NCBI GenBank assembly: GCA_964016885.1
Contig: OZ024743.1
Coordinates: 276,830,001 to 276,894,000 of the forward strand
Direction: 5' to 3'
From: Eledone cirrhosa
Taxonomy: Eukaryota
DNA length: 64,000 nucleotides
Notes under the pieces: generated by a model
Databases searched by the model: none
What the model was told of the DNA's origin: nothing
What the model saw: the letters and a program-made list of their open reading frames with translations, nothing else
Translations under genes and position numbers: made by a program
In this document: positions 1 to 15,221 of the stretch, in pieces
Layout: the number at the start of each line of letters is the position of its first letter
Numbering within the stretch: the first letter of the stretch is position 1

Positions 1-39
1 ATATTAAATAAATGGAAACTATATTTATAAAACCATATT

Positions 40-100
40 TATTTTATTATATATATTTCAAGGGCACCAAAACTTTGGTAGGCTCTCATCAGATAAAATA
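40..100 (-). ncRNA. Type I hammerhead ribozyme motif
   Basis: Minus strand: stem I TATTTTAT, core CTGATGA, imperfect stem II containing an ACCAA/TTGGT hairpin, GAAA, palindromic stem III ATATATAT, A17, then ATAAAATA closing stem I. Confidence 0.6.
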
Positions 101-230
101 CAAAGGTTGTTTTATAAACATTGACATAACCAGGAAGAAGATTTTAACGGTTCAAGTTTTTCCTGGATAGTCTGTATATATATATATATATATGTATGTA
201 AAAGGTAAACAGAAATAACAACACAATCGG

Positions 231-368
231 TACAGTATATGGAAGGGATAGCAGGAAGGGATAGCAGTACAGTATATGGAAGGGATAGCAGGAAGGGATA
301 GCAGTACAGTATATGGAAGGGATAGCAGGAAGGGATAGCAGTACAGTATATGGAAGGGATAGCAGGAA
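231..368. repeat. 37-bp tandem repeat, about 3.7 copies
   Basis: Unit TACAGTATATGGAAGGGATAGCAGGAAGGGATAGCAG starts at 231, 268, 305 and 342. Confidence 0.9.
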
Positions 369-370
369 GA

Positions 371-410
371 AGGTCTTAACGTTACGGACGCTAGTCCTTC
401 ATCAGAAGAA
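371..410 (-). ncRNA. Minimal hammerhead ribozyme with a mutated GAAA, in the PLE 3' region
   Basis: Minus strand: TCTT-CTGATGA-A-GGAC(TAGC)GTCC-GTAA-CG-TT-AAGA, with palindromic AACGTT at stem III. GAAA reads GTAA. Lies downstream of the GIY-YIG remnant on the same strand. Confidence 0.6.
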
Positions 411-635
411 AGAATGAGAAATAAGATAGATTGAGGAGACGAGCGGGTTGGAATTGGAAAAAATGTCTTTAGATGAAAATAACAGATCCATTCATGTTGA
501 CATCTCTTGCAAAACTGTTGGTGCTGGAGTTTTGTGTACGATTTATTTTTTAGAAAAGCGGATGATGGAGCGCGTCTACCTGAAATGGAAAAAAAACGTT
601 TTGTAAAAGGAGCTATACGTGTGCACGTGCGTAAG

Positions 636-731
<96 letters not shown>

Positions 732-1735
732 ACGATCGTACGAAGCTAAGAAGCAATGTGTGTGTATATGTGAGTAAAAGAGTGGGTGTGCATGTAAGTA
801 CGAAGCTATGAGCAAAAGTATGTTAATATAAGGGTGCGTATATGTGTATACAGAGCAGTGAAGGGAAAAGTGGAGTGAGCATATATAGTCGGCATGTATT
901 AGTTTTAAGAGAAGATGTTAATGATCAAGAGAAAGCGATAGGAATCTAGGGGTGTGATAATGCACGGGGTATTAAAGAAATTGGGGAGGTGAGTTGAGTC
1001 CAAGAGGGGAATAGGACCCAAGGCAGTGAATCAGACTTGTTCAGTCCTGGTGCACGAGGCCTGTGATCTATGATGTAAAAGGACACACAGGACTGAAACA
1101 TGTAGGGAAGAATGACCAGGGGAACAGAAATGACGGGCGACAGGAGTATCCAAACCGAGTCGTATGTCCCTCAAATGCTCGGCAAAACAGTCCGCCATAC
1201 GGCGTCCCGTTTGTCCGATATATAAAGACCCGCAAAGGGAACACCGGAGGGCATAAACAACGGGGATGGATGTGCAGACGAACGATTGGCGGATACAGAA
1301 AGACCAGTTAGGGCTTGTAAGAGTGGTGAGGGTGGAAATGAAGAGATAAGTGTTGCATCGGGAACGGGAACAAGGATGAGAGCCGGGTGGAGTCGTGGGA
1401 GAGGACGAGAAGGAACTGCGAACCAGGAGGCCGCGAAGGTTGCGGGCGCGCTTAAAAGCAGCAATGGGTGGGTTTGGAAAAAAGTGACGGGGTCAGAAGA
1501 GAAGATGCGGAAGGATCGGAGGATATGTCGCCGGAGTGGTAGGGTGATGTGGTGGTAGGTGAGAGGGAAAGGAACGCGGGTGTGTGGGGGGGGGGGGGGG
1601 GGAGGGCTGTGGTGTGGTCTGTTTCACGGGCGCGGGTGAGAGCAGCTTGGATCAGGGTGGGGGGGATATCCACGCTGGATGAAGCAGGAAACGATGCGAA
1701 GGGAATGGGTTTCGAAATCGTCATATCCCTCTCTC
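371..1735 (-). mobile_element. 5'-truncated Penelope-like element: linker, GIY-YIG endonuclease and 3' UTR
   Basis: Manual minus-strand translation gives RVPFPLTYHHITLPLRRHILRSF, then FVCTSIPVVYALRCSLCGSLYIGQTGRRMADCFAEHLRDIRLGLDTPVARHF, ending near GLN at about 995. This is the PLE GIY-YIG layout, interrupted by frameshifts. Confidence 0.85.
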
Positions 1736-1926
1736 ATACGTCATTCTTCCTTCTATGTCTCTTACTACAGTTTTGACATCTCTCTCTCTCAACGTATTTT
1801 CCTCTTTCTGTCTTCTTCAGCCTCAACCTGTTATCTTTCAACCTTCCCATCATGCTACACGCTGCGTCCTTTTGAAACCCGACACTTGAAATGGTAAGTT
1901 CACTTCGTATTATCTCTTAGTACAAT

Positions 1927-2113
1927 AAGGGCGGTGGATTGGCAGTATCGGTAGAGGGTCGAACGCCATGCTTCCCAGCATAGTTACGTCTCTTTACAGT
2001 CTGAGTTCAAATCCCGCCGAGGTTAACTTTGCCTTCATCCTTACGGGGTCGATAAAATAAAGTACCAGTAATTCACTGCGATAATTGCTGGCCTTGTGCC
2101 AAAAGTAGAAACA
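1927..2113 (+). mobile_element. tRNA-derived SINE (family A) with 18-bp target-site duplication
   Basis: A box TGGCAGTATCGG, B box GAGTTCAAATCC, central GCCTTCATCCTTACGGGGTCGATAAAATAAAGTACCAG. TSD ATTATCTCTTAGTACAAT at 1909-1926 and 2114-2131. Confidence 0.9.
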
Positions 2114-2520
2114 ATTATCTCTTAGTACAATTAGTTTAAGGGCTATCGCTCGAACAAATCTATAACAACCTTTCTCTTTCCCATATTACCTTTTTCACAT
2201 CTTTGTTTGTCGTCATTTCCCACTATTTTATTTTACCACCTTTCCTGTCCTGTATCGTTACGTACCTTTTTCATCTTGTTTCTCTGTCAAACGAATCTAA
2301 AGACCCCGACCTCCATCGACCATTGTTGTCTTGTCTCGTTTGCGTTGTATTTTCACCCCGAATAGCTTTTTCCTTTTAGGCACTATTAATGCACTATCTT
2401 AGCCTCTGAAATTAGGAAGTTCCTCAATAGACAGCTGTGCGACCATTTTCTCCAAATCTTCGGTGCCCTTCGTTTGACCCAAGTGTCAATTTTGTGATAC
2501 TCTCTCTTTCTCTCTCTCAC

Positions 2521-2590
<70 letters not shown>

Positions 2591-3130
2591 GCACACACAT
2601 ATATACATAAACAATCGATTTTTTTACTAAGTGTTGGGCAGATTTTAATTTTGAATTTGATATTTTGATATTGCTTATTGTAAGATGCCACCACGCAGGT
2701 TTAACTATAAAATAGTTAGACAAGTCGGGCACATAAACCCCTGAAGACAGAACATATATGTATATACGTATATACATAAACACACACACACACACACATA
2801 CACACACACATACACACACACATATATAACTGTTCTTTTGGCAAAGGAAGTAATCAATATGAAGATGTCCATCAGAATTCATGAAAAATATGATGGAAGA
2901 ATGGCAGCAGGAGCAGAGTAAATAAAAAAATATAAATTAAATAAAGAAACAACCATTCTAAAGGGGAAAGGAGGCCGTTGCTATAAAGGATAGTGACAGC
3001 CATTAGGCTATTGTAATATATCTATATAAATTGCTTTCTCATTTCTTTTTATTTTCTGTTTGTTTGTCTGTGTATATTCTTTATTCTTTATTCTTTTTTT
3101 CATACCTTGTATCTTCTTTCCTTCGTGCCT

Positions 3131-3139
3131 TTCTTTCCT

Positions 3140-3199
<60 letters not shown>

Positions 3200-3203
3200 T
3201 TTT

Positions 3204-3274
<71 letters not shown>
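3131..3274. repeat. (TTTC)n microsatellite
   Basis: Read directly. Confidence 0.95.
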
Positions 3275-3275
<1 letters not shown>

Positions 3276-3559
3276 ATATATCTCCGTTCTATTCTCCTTC
3301 CTTCCTTCGTTCTCCTGTTCCTATCTTATTTTCTATTCTTCTTCTTTGTTGTAGTTTTTCAAAAAATCTACGTGTTTTTTTTCATTTTCTTGTCATTGTA
3401 AGTTATCTATATTTCTCCTATTTGCTTCTTTCGTTTGTTTCGTTTTGCTTCTAAAAATTAATTCATTCTTCATTCATATCCTGTTACCTTCCATCCTATA
3501 TTCTCTGCTCCTTCCTCCCCTCCACTCACTTCTTTCATTCAACACACACACACACAGAC

Positions 3560-3590
<31 letters not shown>

Positions 3591-3613
3591 GGTGTATGTG
3601 TGTGTATGCATAA

Positions 3614-3708
<95 letters not shown>

Positions 3709-3874
3709 TATATGTATAATAATATATGTGTATACAAACACATACACACTATATATGCGTATGTATAAAAATATAATATATATATCTATCTATGTGTGTG
3801 TGTGTGTATATATATAAAAACACACATACATATATGCATATATATATATATAAATGCATATTTATGTATATGTA

Positions 3875-3930
<56 letters not shown>

Positions 3931-3950
3931 CACATATATACACATATATG

Positions 3951-4046
<96 letters not shown>

Positions 4047-4349
4047 TACAAATGTATACATGCACATACGTTCCTTCTTCAGCTCTCTATACTCATTCCA
4101 CTTTTCCTACCGTCATACGCTCTCCATTATTAGACCAAAACCTAACGGTAGTTTCACAATGGGTTGTAAGTATCTCTAGAGAAACGGCCAAAGAATTCAC
4201 TGCCATTCTTAGAATCTCCATTGAAATCCTCTTCTCTGCATTTACAATTCCTCATCAAGTGTCTACATCATGTCATCTCCGTTGTCAGTGAGAAAACATC
4301 TTCCAGAATCAATAAGAATTTCAACGACGACAGCGAAAGCGCGATAACA

Positions 4350-4880
<531 letters not shown>

Positions 4881-4995
4881 ATAAAAATTAAGATGACAGA
4901 TAGAAGTTCTTAAATCACTCACATTTCTCTTCAAGTAACTCTATGTGCATGTCTTTCTTATATATAATTAAAAACATATATAAATATATATATAA

Positions 4996-5065
<70 letters not shown>

Positions 5066-5210
5066 ATGTGTGTTTATGCACGTTAGATACAGACATATGT
5101 TTACATCCAACTTGTGTTTTACATACATACATACATAACTACATACATGCATACATACACACACTCACACAAATATATATATACATACACACCTACATAC
5201 CTACATCCAT

Positions 5211-5249
<39 letters not shown>

Positions 5250-5347
5250 AATACATACATACATATTCATGGTTATATTGTCTAACAAACAGGAGGAAGC
5301 GTACTCTGCATGTAGTAAATTTCTTGCGTTTCAAATTTTCAAATTGT

Positions 5348-5442
<95 letters not shown>

Positions 5443-5857
5443 AGTATGCATATGTGTGTGTACATGAATGTATGTGTGTAAATGTATCAAATTACAAATA
5501 TTTTAAGTAGAAGTCTCCTCATTACAGAGAAATGTGCATTTATATATACATCCATACAGACTTTTATTTTCCTCTCATAACATCTATATAGGCACGCACG
5601 CACAGGTATACATGTATATATATACGCATACACACACAGTTTCTTACACACATACATGTATGTATTTTAAACAGATTTGCATCCTAGTTATATTATATTT
5701 TATCAAGTTATATTATTGTCTCAATCTTGAATTAGTTCCTTACACTTTGTCACAATAAATTTCCTAAATCCACTATCAACGTTTCCAGACCTCATCTTCA
5801 GCTTGAAGGGATGTTGGCATTTTTTGTTGCATGGCCAATGTGGTTGATGTAGATATC

Positions 5858-5962
5858 AACGGCACAATGACACCATCACCTCCAATGACAAAAACGGCAC
5901 AATGACACCATCACCTCCAATGACAAAAACGGCACAATGACACCATCACTTCCAATGACAAA
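5858..5962 (-). repeat. Three copies of the 35-bp minisatellite unit, inverted relative to 10544-11530
   Basis: AACGGCACAATGACACCATCACCTCCAATGACAAA x3 is the reverse complement of the unit in the large array. Confidence 0.9.
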
Positions 5963-6257
5963 GACAGGCACAGCCACAATACCGAAATTTTAAATTTGAT
6001 CGTTAGATTTAAATTTCAGAGGTCGGATGTATATTTTACTTGGTCACTAGTGTATTGGTGTTCTATATTTGCATTGTACTGCGGTATTAGTGTTGTGTCA
6101 GTTTTTAATTGTTTAGATTTGTGCGGCGGCATTCTGTGGATGCTATGTGTGCTTTACAAAAATATATTCTTGTCTTGTTTTGTTTTCAGTTGTGCAGTGT
6201 AGTATGTAGCAATTGTTCCTTGAAATTGGTGACCTTTGGGAGAGTGGCATACTTGTA

Positions 6258-7512
6258 TACAAGGGCTGTCCCCAAAGTAAAAGCACTAATGTTTTATTTA
6301 AATGTATATTAGACGCACAAGTTATCTCCTTCAAAATACGACCCTTGGGAAGTCACAAAGTTGGTCAGACGTTTGTCCCATTGATAGTAGCAGTACCGGA
6401 AGTCAATTTTGATGAGTGCCCTTACTTTGTCGGTTACAATGTTTTGTATGTTTTACACAGTCCCAAAATTATGACCTTTCAACTTCGATTTCGACTTAGG
6501 GAAGAGGTAGAAATCACACTGAGTTAGATCTGGGCTATAGGAAGAATGTAGAAGAGTGGGAATGTTTTTCTTCGCCAGAAATTCTCTAATTGAAAGTACT
6601 GTGTAAGCGGGCGCGTTATCGTGGTGTAGTATCCAATCTCTTGCAATATCCTTTCGAACTCGCTGGACTCGTTTTCGAAGTTATTCTCAGACATCTTTGT
6701 AGAAGGTACGATTAACTGTCTGTCCTGGAAGTAAACATTATTTGTGAAAAATACCACCAAAAAAATGATAATCATCGTTTTTACACTTGATCTGCTCATG
6801 GGAAGAGTAGAATTTTTCGTGTGCCACTCCTCAGTTTTGTCTCTGGATCGAACTCGAACATCCATGATTCATTTCCTGTTATTACTTTAAGAAATTTAGC
6901 TCAATTTCGAATCTTTCCAGCAAATTCTGACAAATTTCCAACCGGTTCACTTTTTGTCTGGGAGTTTTGCACAAATTTTTCACATGTGCAAATGGTCTGT
7001 TAAAATTCTATAAACTACATTTTTATCCAAGCCCGTTTCTTCCGCAATTATCCCAAAACTAAATGGGCGATCTTTCGCCATCATCGCTCACACCATTTCC
7101 ACATTTTCTTCATTATTTGACGAGATTGGCCTTCCAGAACGAGGTTCGTCTTCAAAATTTTCTCGGTCCTCTTTGAAAGCTTTGTGCCACTTTAAAACCT
7201 GACGCTTTGATAAGTGGGATCTCTTTAAGCTTGTGTTAAAGAATTAAATGTATCAGTGGCAGATATGTTGAGTTTCACACGAAATTCGATCGTGTACCGG
7301 TGTTCGATATGTTCCTGCATCACAAACGTAACAGAGCTTATACACATGTCAGTACATAAACAGCTATAACTCACGACTGACTCAATCGATCATGTTGAAA
7401 ATAAGTAAGTACGTGCAGCCAAGGTCATAAGCAACATGCGTCAATGATGTGATGCGTAACCATGTCTAACATAGGAAATTCATTACCCTAACTTTTGAGA
7501 CAAAGTCCGTTA
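6258..7512 (-). mobile_element. Degenerate mariner (Tc1/mariner) transposon
   Basis: Minus-strand fragments: MQEHIEHRYTIEFRVKLNISATDTF (ATG at 7320), WILHHDNAPAY, HSSYSPDL, DFYLFPK, QGSYFEGD. Many frameshifts and decayed TIR-like ends. Confidence 0.85.
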
Positions 7513-7928
7513 ATATAAGATCAGGAGTCACGTGATTTACAACTTTCACGTTTGAAATCGAATTTATACATCACTATATGATGGACGCAATACTCATAAT
7601 ACATCATTCTACAAAAAGCATGTATGTAATATATATATATTTATATACATATATATATTTACAATATATACATATATAATACACACACACACAAATATAT
7701 ATATATATACATATGGGCATATATATATATCTAAATATACTTACATGCATGTATATATGTATATGTGCATGTATATATACATATATACATACACACGCAT
7801 ATATATATATATATATATATATACATACACAAATGTTATACATACAGTGGTAACTATAAATATGCTGTATCAATAAACGCAAGCTCACACAGAAGCACGA
7901 TTACACAAATATACACACTCACACAGTG

Positions 7929-7995
<67 letters not shown>

Positions 7996-8445
7996 TACAC
8001 ACTCACACACACACACCTATACACACTCACAAACGCACGCATACATACATTCATAGATTTATACACACACATACAAACAGACACACAAACGAAGCACTAT
8101 CGTCTGCAAGTCGGCTGACCTAATAGATATCATAGAGGCTGCACAATATTCCCTTGTGAGGCAAAACTACATCCAAGCTAAAGACTTTTTATCGATGTTG
8201 TTTGCTCGCTTTATTTGCTTTTAATGACTGCCTAATGGCCACCACTTATTTTTAGCACTTTAGCTACAATTCTACTAGTGCAGTTTCTACCCAACAGATG
8301 ACAGTGGGTGGGGTGACCAGAATTAGAAGGGTACGAGAGCTGACCAGGGGCGGGAAAGAAACTGGTTGAGATGAATCCCACATATGGAGTGAAATGTCTA
8401 TATATTTATGTTGCGTTTATGTATGTATGTATGTATGTATGTATG

Positions 8446-8489
8446 TATGTATGAATGTATAAATTTTCATGCATACATACCTCACATAC

Positions 8490-8522
<33 letters not shown>

Positions 8523-8549
8523 CATACATGCATACATATGTACATGTAT

Positions 8550-8582
<33 letters not shown>

Positions 8583-8617
8583 GTATGAATGTATAAATTT
8601 TCATGCATACATACCTC

Positions 8618-8648
<31 letters not shown>

Positions 8649-8680
8649 TATATATACATACATGCATACATATGTACATA
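8446..8680. repeat. Direct duplication (about 134-bp period) of a low-complexity block
   Basis: GTATGAATGTATAAATTTTCATGCATACATACCTCAC...CATATGTACA occurs twice. Confidence 0.8.
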
Positions 8681-8718
8681 TATTATATATATATATATAT
8701 TTATATACACACATATAC

Positions 8719-8757
<39 letters not shown>

Positions 8758-8812
8758 CACATAAATATATATGTTTATATTTAAATATGTATGTATATAT
8801 ATATATGTATGA

Positions 8813-8889
<77 letters not shown>

Positions 8890-9229
8890 ATTTTACACCT
8901 ATGCATATATATCTACACAGATATATAATTATGTCGGTGTGGGCGTAAATGTATTAAGTGTACAAGTGTGGGTATATAAATTATTGTGATTATGTATATC
9001 AATAATTATTTTACGAGCCTTTCTACGCACACTGTCGCACACATATACATACATACACGGTTATATACACCTATATACTCATATGCCTACATATACATAT
9101 CTTTATGTATATATATATATATATGTATATTTATGTATGTATGTATGTAGTTATGTATATATGAATATATATTTATATGTATATACATGTATATATATAT
9201 ACATGCATATGTATTTGTGTTTATATATG

Positions 9230-9468
<239 letters not shown>

Positions 9469-9630
9469 GTATATGTACATATATACATATACATATATAC
9501 ATATATACATATACATACATATATACATATATATATGTATATTTATGTATGTATATATTTATGTATTTATGAATATATATATATATATCTATATACATGT
9601 ATAGATGTATATATACATATATATATATAT

Positions 9631-9661
<31 letters not shown>

Positions 9662-9840
9662 CACATATATATATACGCACATATATATCTGTATATCTAT
9701 ATATGTATATATACATTATACGTATATATATACATATACAACATTATCACACACATATCATACCACAGACACATCATATAACATACACAACCCACACCCA
9801 TATCATGCTACTACACATATGCGAGAAAGAGAGAGATAGA

Positions 9841-9871
<31 letters not shown>

Positions 9872-9941
9872 CGTGTGTATCTATATTCATCTGTGTTAAA
9901 GATGGTATTTTTTTTCATGAATATCCATATATGTATATATG

Positions 9942-10051
<110 letters not shown>

Positions 10052-10543
10052 TATATACATAGGAAGTTCACACTCCCACTCACATCCATCTCACATATAT
10101 TTGACTGAACACAGACATGTCTCTATATGTATTTAGTGAAGTGATAAAATTGGACCTATTATTTATCATCTTGAGAATATAGTTGGAAAGATCCAACAGT
10201 CCGCTCTAACAACAACCATTAGTATCCAATGATTTTATTAGTGTTATTTTAACTTAGCTACTGCTCTGCTCAATCAAAACTGTTATTCTATTGCTTTCCT
10301 TGTTGTTGCTGTTGTTGTTGTGGCTGCTGTTGTTGTTGTGGTTGTTATTGTTGTTGTTGTTGTTACTGCTGGTGGTGCTTCCGCTTCTGTTGTCAATCGA
10401 CGTTTTTATTGTAACTTCTGCTGGTTGTGGCGGTGATGTTGTAGATGGTGTTATTGTCAGTGATGATGATGATGATGTTTGTGGTGATAGTGTTGGTGGT
10501 GTTCGTATTTTTAGCAGTGATGATGTTGTTGTTGTGCTGATTC

Positions 10544-11530
10544 TGTCATTGGAGGTTATGGTGTCATTGTGCTGATTCTGTCATTGGAGGTGATGGTGTC
10601 ATTGTGGCGTCTTTGTCATTGGAGGTGATAGTGTCATTGTGCTGATTCTGTCATTGGAGGTGATGGTGTCATTGTGCTGATTCTGTCATTGGAGGTGATG
10701 GTGTCATTGTGCTGATTCTGTCATTGGAGGTGATGGTGTCATTGTGCTGATTCTGTCATTGGAGGTGATGGTGTCATTGTGCTGATTCTGTCATTGGAGG
10801 TGATGGTGTCATTGTGCTGATTCTGTCATTGGAGGTGATGGTGTCATTGTGCTGTTTTTGTCATTGGAGTTGATGGTGTCATTGTGCTGTTTTTGTCATT
10901 GGAGGTGATGGTGTCATTGTGCTGTTTTTGTCATTGGAGTTGATGGTGTCATTGTGCTGTTTTTGTCATCGGAGGTGATGGTGTCATTGTGCCGTTTTTG
11001 TCATTGGAGGTGATGGTGTCATTGTGCTGTTTTTGTCATTGGAGTTGATGGTGTCATTGTGCTGTTTTTGTCATCGGAGGTGATGGTGTCATTGTGCCGT
11101 TTTTGTCATTGGAGGTGATGGTGTCATTGTGCTGTTTTTGTCATTGGAGGTGATGGTGTCATTGTGCTGTTTTTGTCATTGGAAGTGATGGTGTCATTGT
11201 GCCGGTTTTGTCATTGGAGGTGATGGTGTCATTGTGCCGTTTTTGTCATTGAAGTTGATGGTGTCATTGTGCCGTTTTTGTCATTGGAGGTGATGGTGTC
11301 ATTGTGCCGTTTTTGTCATTGGAGGTGATGGTGTCATTGTGCCGTTTTTGTCATTGAAGTTGATGGTGTCATTGTGCTGTTTTTGTCATCGGAGGTGATG
11401 GTGTCATTGTGCCGTTTTTGTCATTGGAGGTGATGGTGTCATTGTGCCGTTTTTGTCATTGAAGTTGATGGTGTCATTGTGCTGTTTTTGTCATCGGAGG
11501 TGATGGTGTCATTGTGCCGTTTTTGTCATT
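10544..11530 (+). repeat. 35-bp minisatellite, about 28 copies
   Basis: Unit TGTCATTGGAGGTGATGGTGTCATTGTGCTGATTC (e.g. 10684 to 10719), with variants ending GCTGTTTT and GCCGTTTT. Confidence 0.95.
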
Positions 11531-11923
11531 ATGTTGTCATATTGCTCTTGATGTTGTAACTGCTGTTGTTGCTGCTACTGCTGCTCCTATATTTGTCGTT
11601 GCTGTAGATGGTGTTGTTAGTGTTGTTATACTGTTGATATTGTTGCTGTGCTGTTAGGTTAGGTTAATTATGGGTGTGATTGTTGTTGTTCATTTTGCTC
11701 TGGTTAATCTGATAAACGTTCATCTTCATATATATTCGTTTATCCAATATGTAACGTATTGTGTTCACTCTGATGTACATATTCGTATTTATAATATACG
11801 ATTTTCGTAAAATCACGGAGTGAGTGGAAAATGGTGATCCTTGGCGATATCTAATTGTCTGGCTCGTTATAATTATATATGTGAGTATGTGTGTATGTGT
11901 GCGTGGGTGGTGGTGTAAGTATG

Positions 11924-11981
<58 letters not shown>

Positions 11982-12172
11982 AATTTATATGTATGTTTGT
12001 ATATATCTATGTGTGTATGTATTTATCTATGTATGTAGGCATGTCTGTAAGTATGTATGTATATAATCATTAAGATATGGTAAACTGATCTAACCACACT
12101 GTCTATTGAACTCTTTGTCGCTGTTTTAGTCGCCTTCGTATCCACCATATCTGCAGTCGTGCTGTAGAATCG

Positions 12173-12485
12173 ATAGGCGTGTGGATTAGTTAGAGTATTC
12201 GACACACAATCGTATGGTTGTGAGTTTGATTTCCGACGGCGCGTTGTGTATTTGAAGAAGACACTTTATTACACGTGGCTCCATTACATTCAATTACTAA
12301 AAAATGAATTGTACTTGAAAATCAAAGAGCTAGTCGTGTCACACATCGAGTCACGTTGAGTCTCCCTGAGAATTACGTTACAGTTTCACTAGTGTGTGGA
12401 ATGTTCGGCATCTTGTAAATCAATATGATGAGTATGCTACTCTGTTGGTCAAATGGAACACTCGTTATTTGACCTGCCGGAAGCC
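12173..12485 (+). mobile_element. Degenerate tRNA-derived SINE (family B, CORE-like)
   Basis: tRNA-like head followed by GAAGACACTTTATTACACGTGGCTCC, matching the copies at 26945 and 49545. Confidence 0.6.
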
Positions 12486-13249
12486 CATAACCAGATTCCA
12501 TTCTTGTTATCCAGATCATGCACTCTTCTGATTTGATGGTGATTTATTATTTTTTTTATTGTTTACTATTAATCTTTAATAATCACCTTGTCAGTAAAAC
12601 TCCATATGATAGATACTTCACTTGTTTAATCGATAATCATCGTGTAGATGTTCAATCAAGTGAGCGTTTGACTCGTTAGATTTTTGCGTACTTGGTTGAT
12701 CATTTCACAGACACGTGTACGTTTAACACAATTCTGAGATGGAGTCAGCGTATTACAATAAGTGAAATAGATGGTCATTTGAGTTATAGGCACAACCTGT
12801 CCGACGGCCTTCTACCATTTCCGTTGCTTCACATTTCATAAGATTTAAACATATTTATTTGTGCAGAGATTCCGTATACAGAGCCGTAGGAAACCCTTTT
12901 AAAGTGTAATCTTTACTGTCCCTGTGACAGTCTTTTTGTCAAAAACGATACTTAGCACTTACTGGGTATGTCGAATCATGTTTGGATCAACTAGTTCTCT
13001 CTGGTTCATCTACATGATTGACTTCACTGTTCTAAAACCACAATGTACTTGTTTCGTCTGATCAATATATTACTTGTGTTAATATGTTGTTCATCCAATG
13101 TCTATTGTGCTATAGAATATATATATTTAGATTTTAGCTAACACGATATGTATCGTAGGCCCTCTTTAGTCACGAATGACCATGGGTTTGCATAAAAAAA
13201 TGTCCCTACTCTGAGCCACAAACCCTGGCAAGGTGTTCGGGTTAGCTGA

Positions 13250-13362
13250 AACGATATAATATAAAGTGTCTTGTTGAAAGGACGCACTGCTCGGTCTGAG
13301 AATCGAAATCATAACCTCACGATTGTTAACGCAACGCTCTAATCACTAAGCCACGTGCCTTA
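13250..13362 (-). mobile_element. SINE family B 5' fragment
   Basis: Minus strand: AGGCACGTGGCTTAGTGATTAGAGCG...GATTTCGATTCTC...CAAGACACTTTAT. Confidence 0.6.
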
Positions 13363-13859
13363 TACGATATGTATGGACATATGTAAACCTCTTGTCTTCA
13401 TAAATAATATCGTTGTAGAAAGAAAACATAAGAACAAGCCTAGCTGATGTATATTTTTCTATCTACACAGATACTGCGTATATATATATATATATATATA
13501 TAACCTGTGTAGATCTCTCTGTACATATAGTTTATTCTGTCAAGCCAAAGATTTCTGAAAGTTGTGCATGGACCTGGACCGTTAAGGATTGGCTAGTTGA
13601 TTATCGTCGACGCACAGAGCCTCCTCAAGAACGTCGTTGCTTTTACCCGCCGCTAATCTTCTATAGGTGGAGTTTCCACTGATCGTACTGTCAGAGGGAT
13701 TTGATCATTTGAAGGCATTCCAGTATTCAAACACTCTTCTCGATTTTGCTTGACCCAGGACTGTAGCTCTGTCAAGGAGACGAGCTTGGGAAAAATGAGT
13801 CTAGCAACGTTTAAAAGAACAAAGTTAACAAAAACATCATCTGTTAAACCATACAATTA

Positions 13860-14810
13860 TACAGGAGTTAGACCAAGAAGGTACCTATAATCTTGGCATA
13901 AACGAAGGTGGTGGAATTAAACACAATCAAATGAAGGAGAAAATACGGAACGAATATTCCTGAAAACTGAACTAAATTCTAAAAACCGTTTCCAAGTTAT
14001 AAACACCTTAGCTGTACCAGTGGTACGATACAATTATAACACCATCAATTGGAACTTATTTGATCTTCAAAGAATGGACTCCAAAACTCCAAAACTCCTT
14101 ACAGCCAACAAAATGCATCACCTCAAGGCAGATGTCGATAGCATATATTTGCTAAGAGGACTAATCCAACTGGAACTGTCAAACAAAATAGCAACAATAG
14201 GTTTACAAACGTACCTAGAAAGTACCGATGGCTGGATGATAGTGTTAGTAAGATAACACAAAAACCAAAAGAAACTCTATCCCGTATTCAAAGAGGCAGG
14301 AAAGTACAGGTAAGAACTAAAAATTGAAGACATATACCTAAATAATGAAGCTGACCTAATTCCAACTAAGGCAGCAAAAATCCATAGAAGCAAGTCAAAG
14401 CTAGATGGTCTAAAAACATTTAGAGGTAGATGTCTACAGAAAACTCTGCATCCTTTGGGAATTTATCATTCACACAGATAACACTATTAATACAAACCAC
14501 CCCGACATTATTATTAAAGATTAAAAAAAAACAAGATCTGCTTACCCATTGGCATGACTCTACCGTCTGGATAGAAATGTGTCAGCAAAAGAATATAAAA
14601 AAACGTGCTAAATATAAAGATCTAGAAATTGAGATAAACAGAATGTGACACCTTAAAACAAACTATTCCGGTAGTGATAGGAGTTCTATGTGTCATAAAG
14701 AAAGGTGTTCAAACATTTCTAGAAAACATACCTGGTAAACCTAGCATCTATGAAACTCAAAAGATAGTTCTAACAACGACCGCCCACATATTTCGTAAAT
14801 TTCTTGTCTT
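13860..14810 (+). mobile_element. Degenerate R4/Dong-like non-LTR element (RT C-terminus and RLE endonuclease)
   Basis: Fragments LGINEGGGIKHNQMKEKIRNEY, KTELNSKNRFQVINTLAVPVVRY, PDIIIKD, AKYKDLEIEINRM, IPVVIGVL, ENIPGKPSIYETQKIVLTTTAHIFRKFL. Contains stops, frameshifts and an internal deletion. Confidence 0.8.
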
Positions 14811-15138
14811 TATAATATATGTCAGCATGATCTTTTCTGTTTAATATTTAGAGTAAATTTAATTGATATTTAATACCATTCAAATGTCCTCAATGCAAAA
14901 TTAATTCATATATTTTATACTCTTAATACTTCCTTTTATCGCTTCCTACTCCCACCTTTTTATATTTTCTCAATTTAAAAAAAGACCTATTTACCTATGA
15001 AATTTTGTGATGTGACTTGTTAAGTGAATGTGAAGATGGAATAAAATAGAAAATAAAAGAGCTATCGAAAACTATCAGAATCAACGATACCCGCTCTAAA
15101 TATCTCGCTGATACTCGGTAGTCATTACATATAAAGAG

Positions 15139-15177
15139 AAAACAGCATTTGTAAAGTTTCCTCCGAGCATAAATTAC

Positions 15178-15221
<44 letters not shown>

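Noticed and set aside
1927-2020. A and B boxes as genuine tRNA genes, here and in other SINE heads
   Set aside because: No complete cloverleaf; they continue into SINE bodies with TSDs.
5775-5803. Minus-strand CTGAAGA...GAAACGTT hammerhead-like motif
   Set aside because: No convincing stem II or stem I.
10544-11530. Regular 35-bp repeats as a possible CRISPR array
   Set aside because: No unique spacers, no cas genes, and a eukaryotic context; it is a minisatellite.
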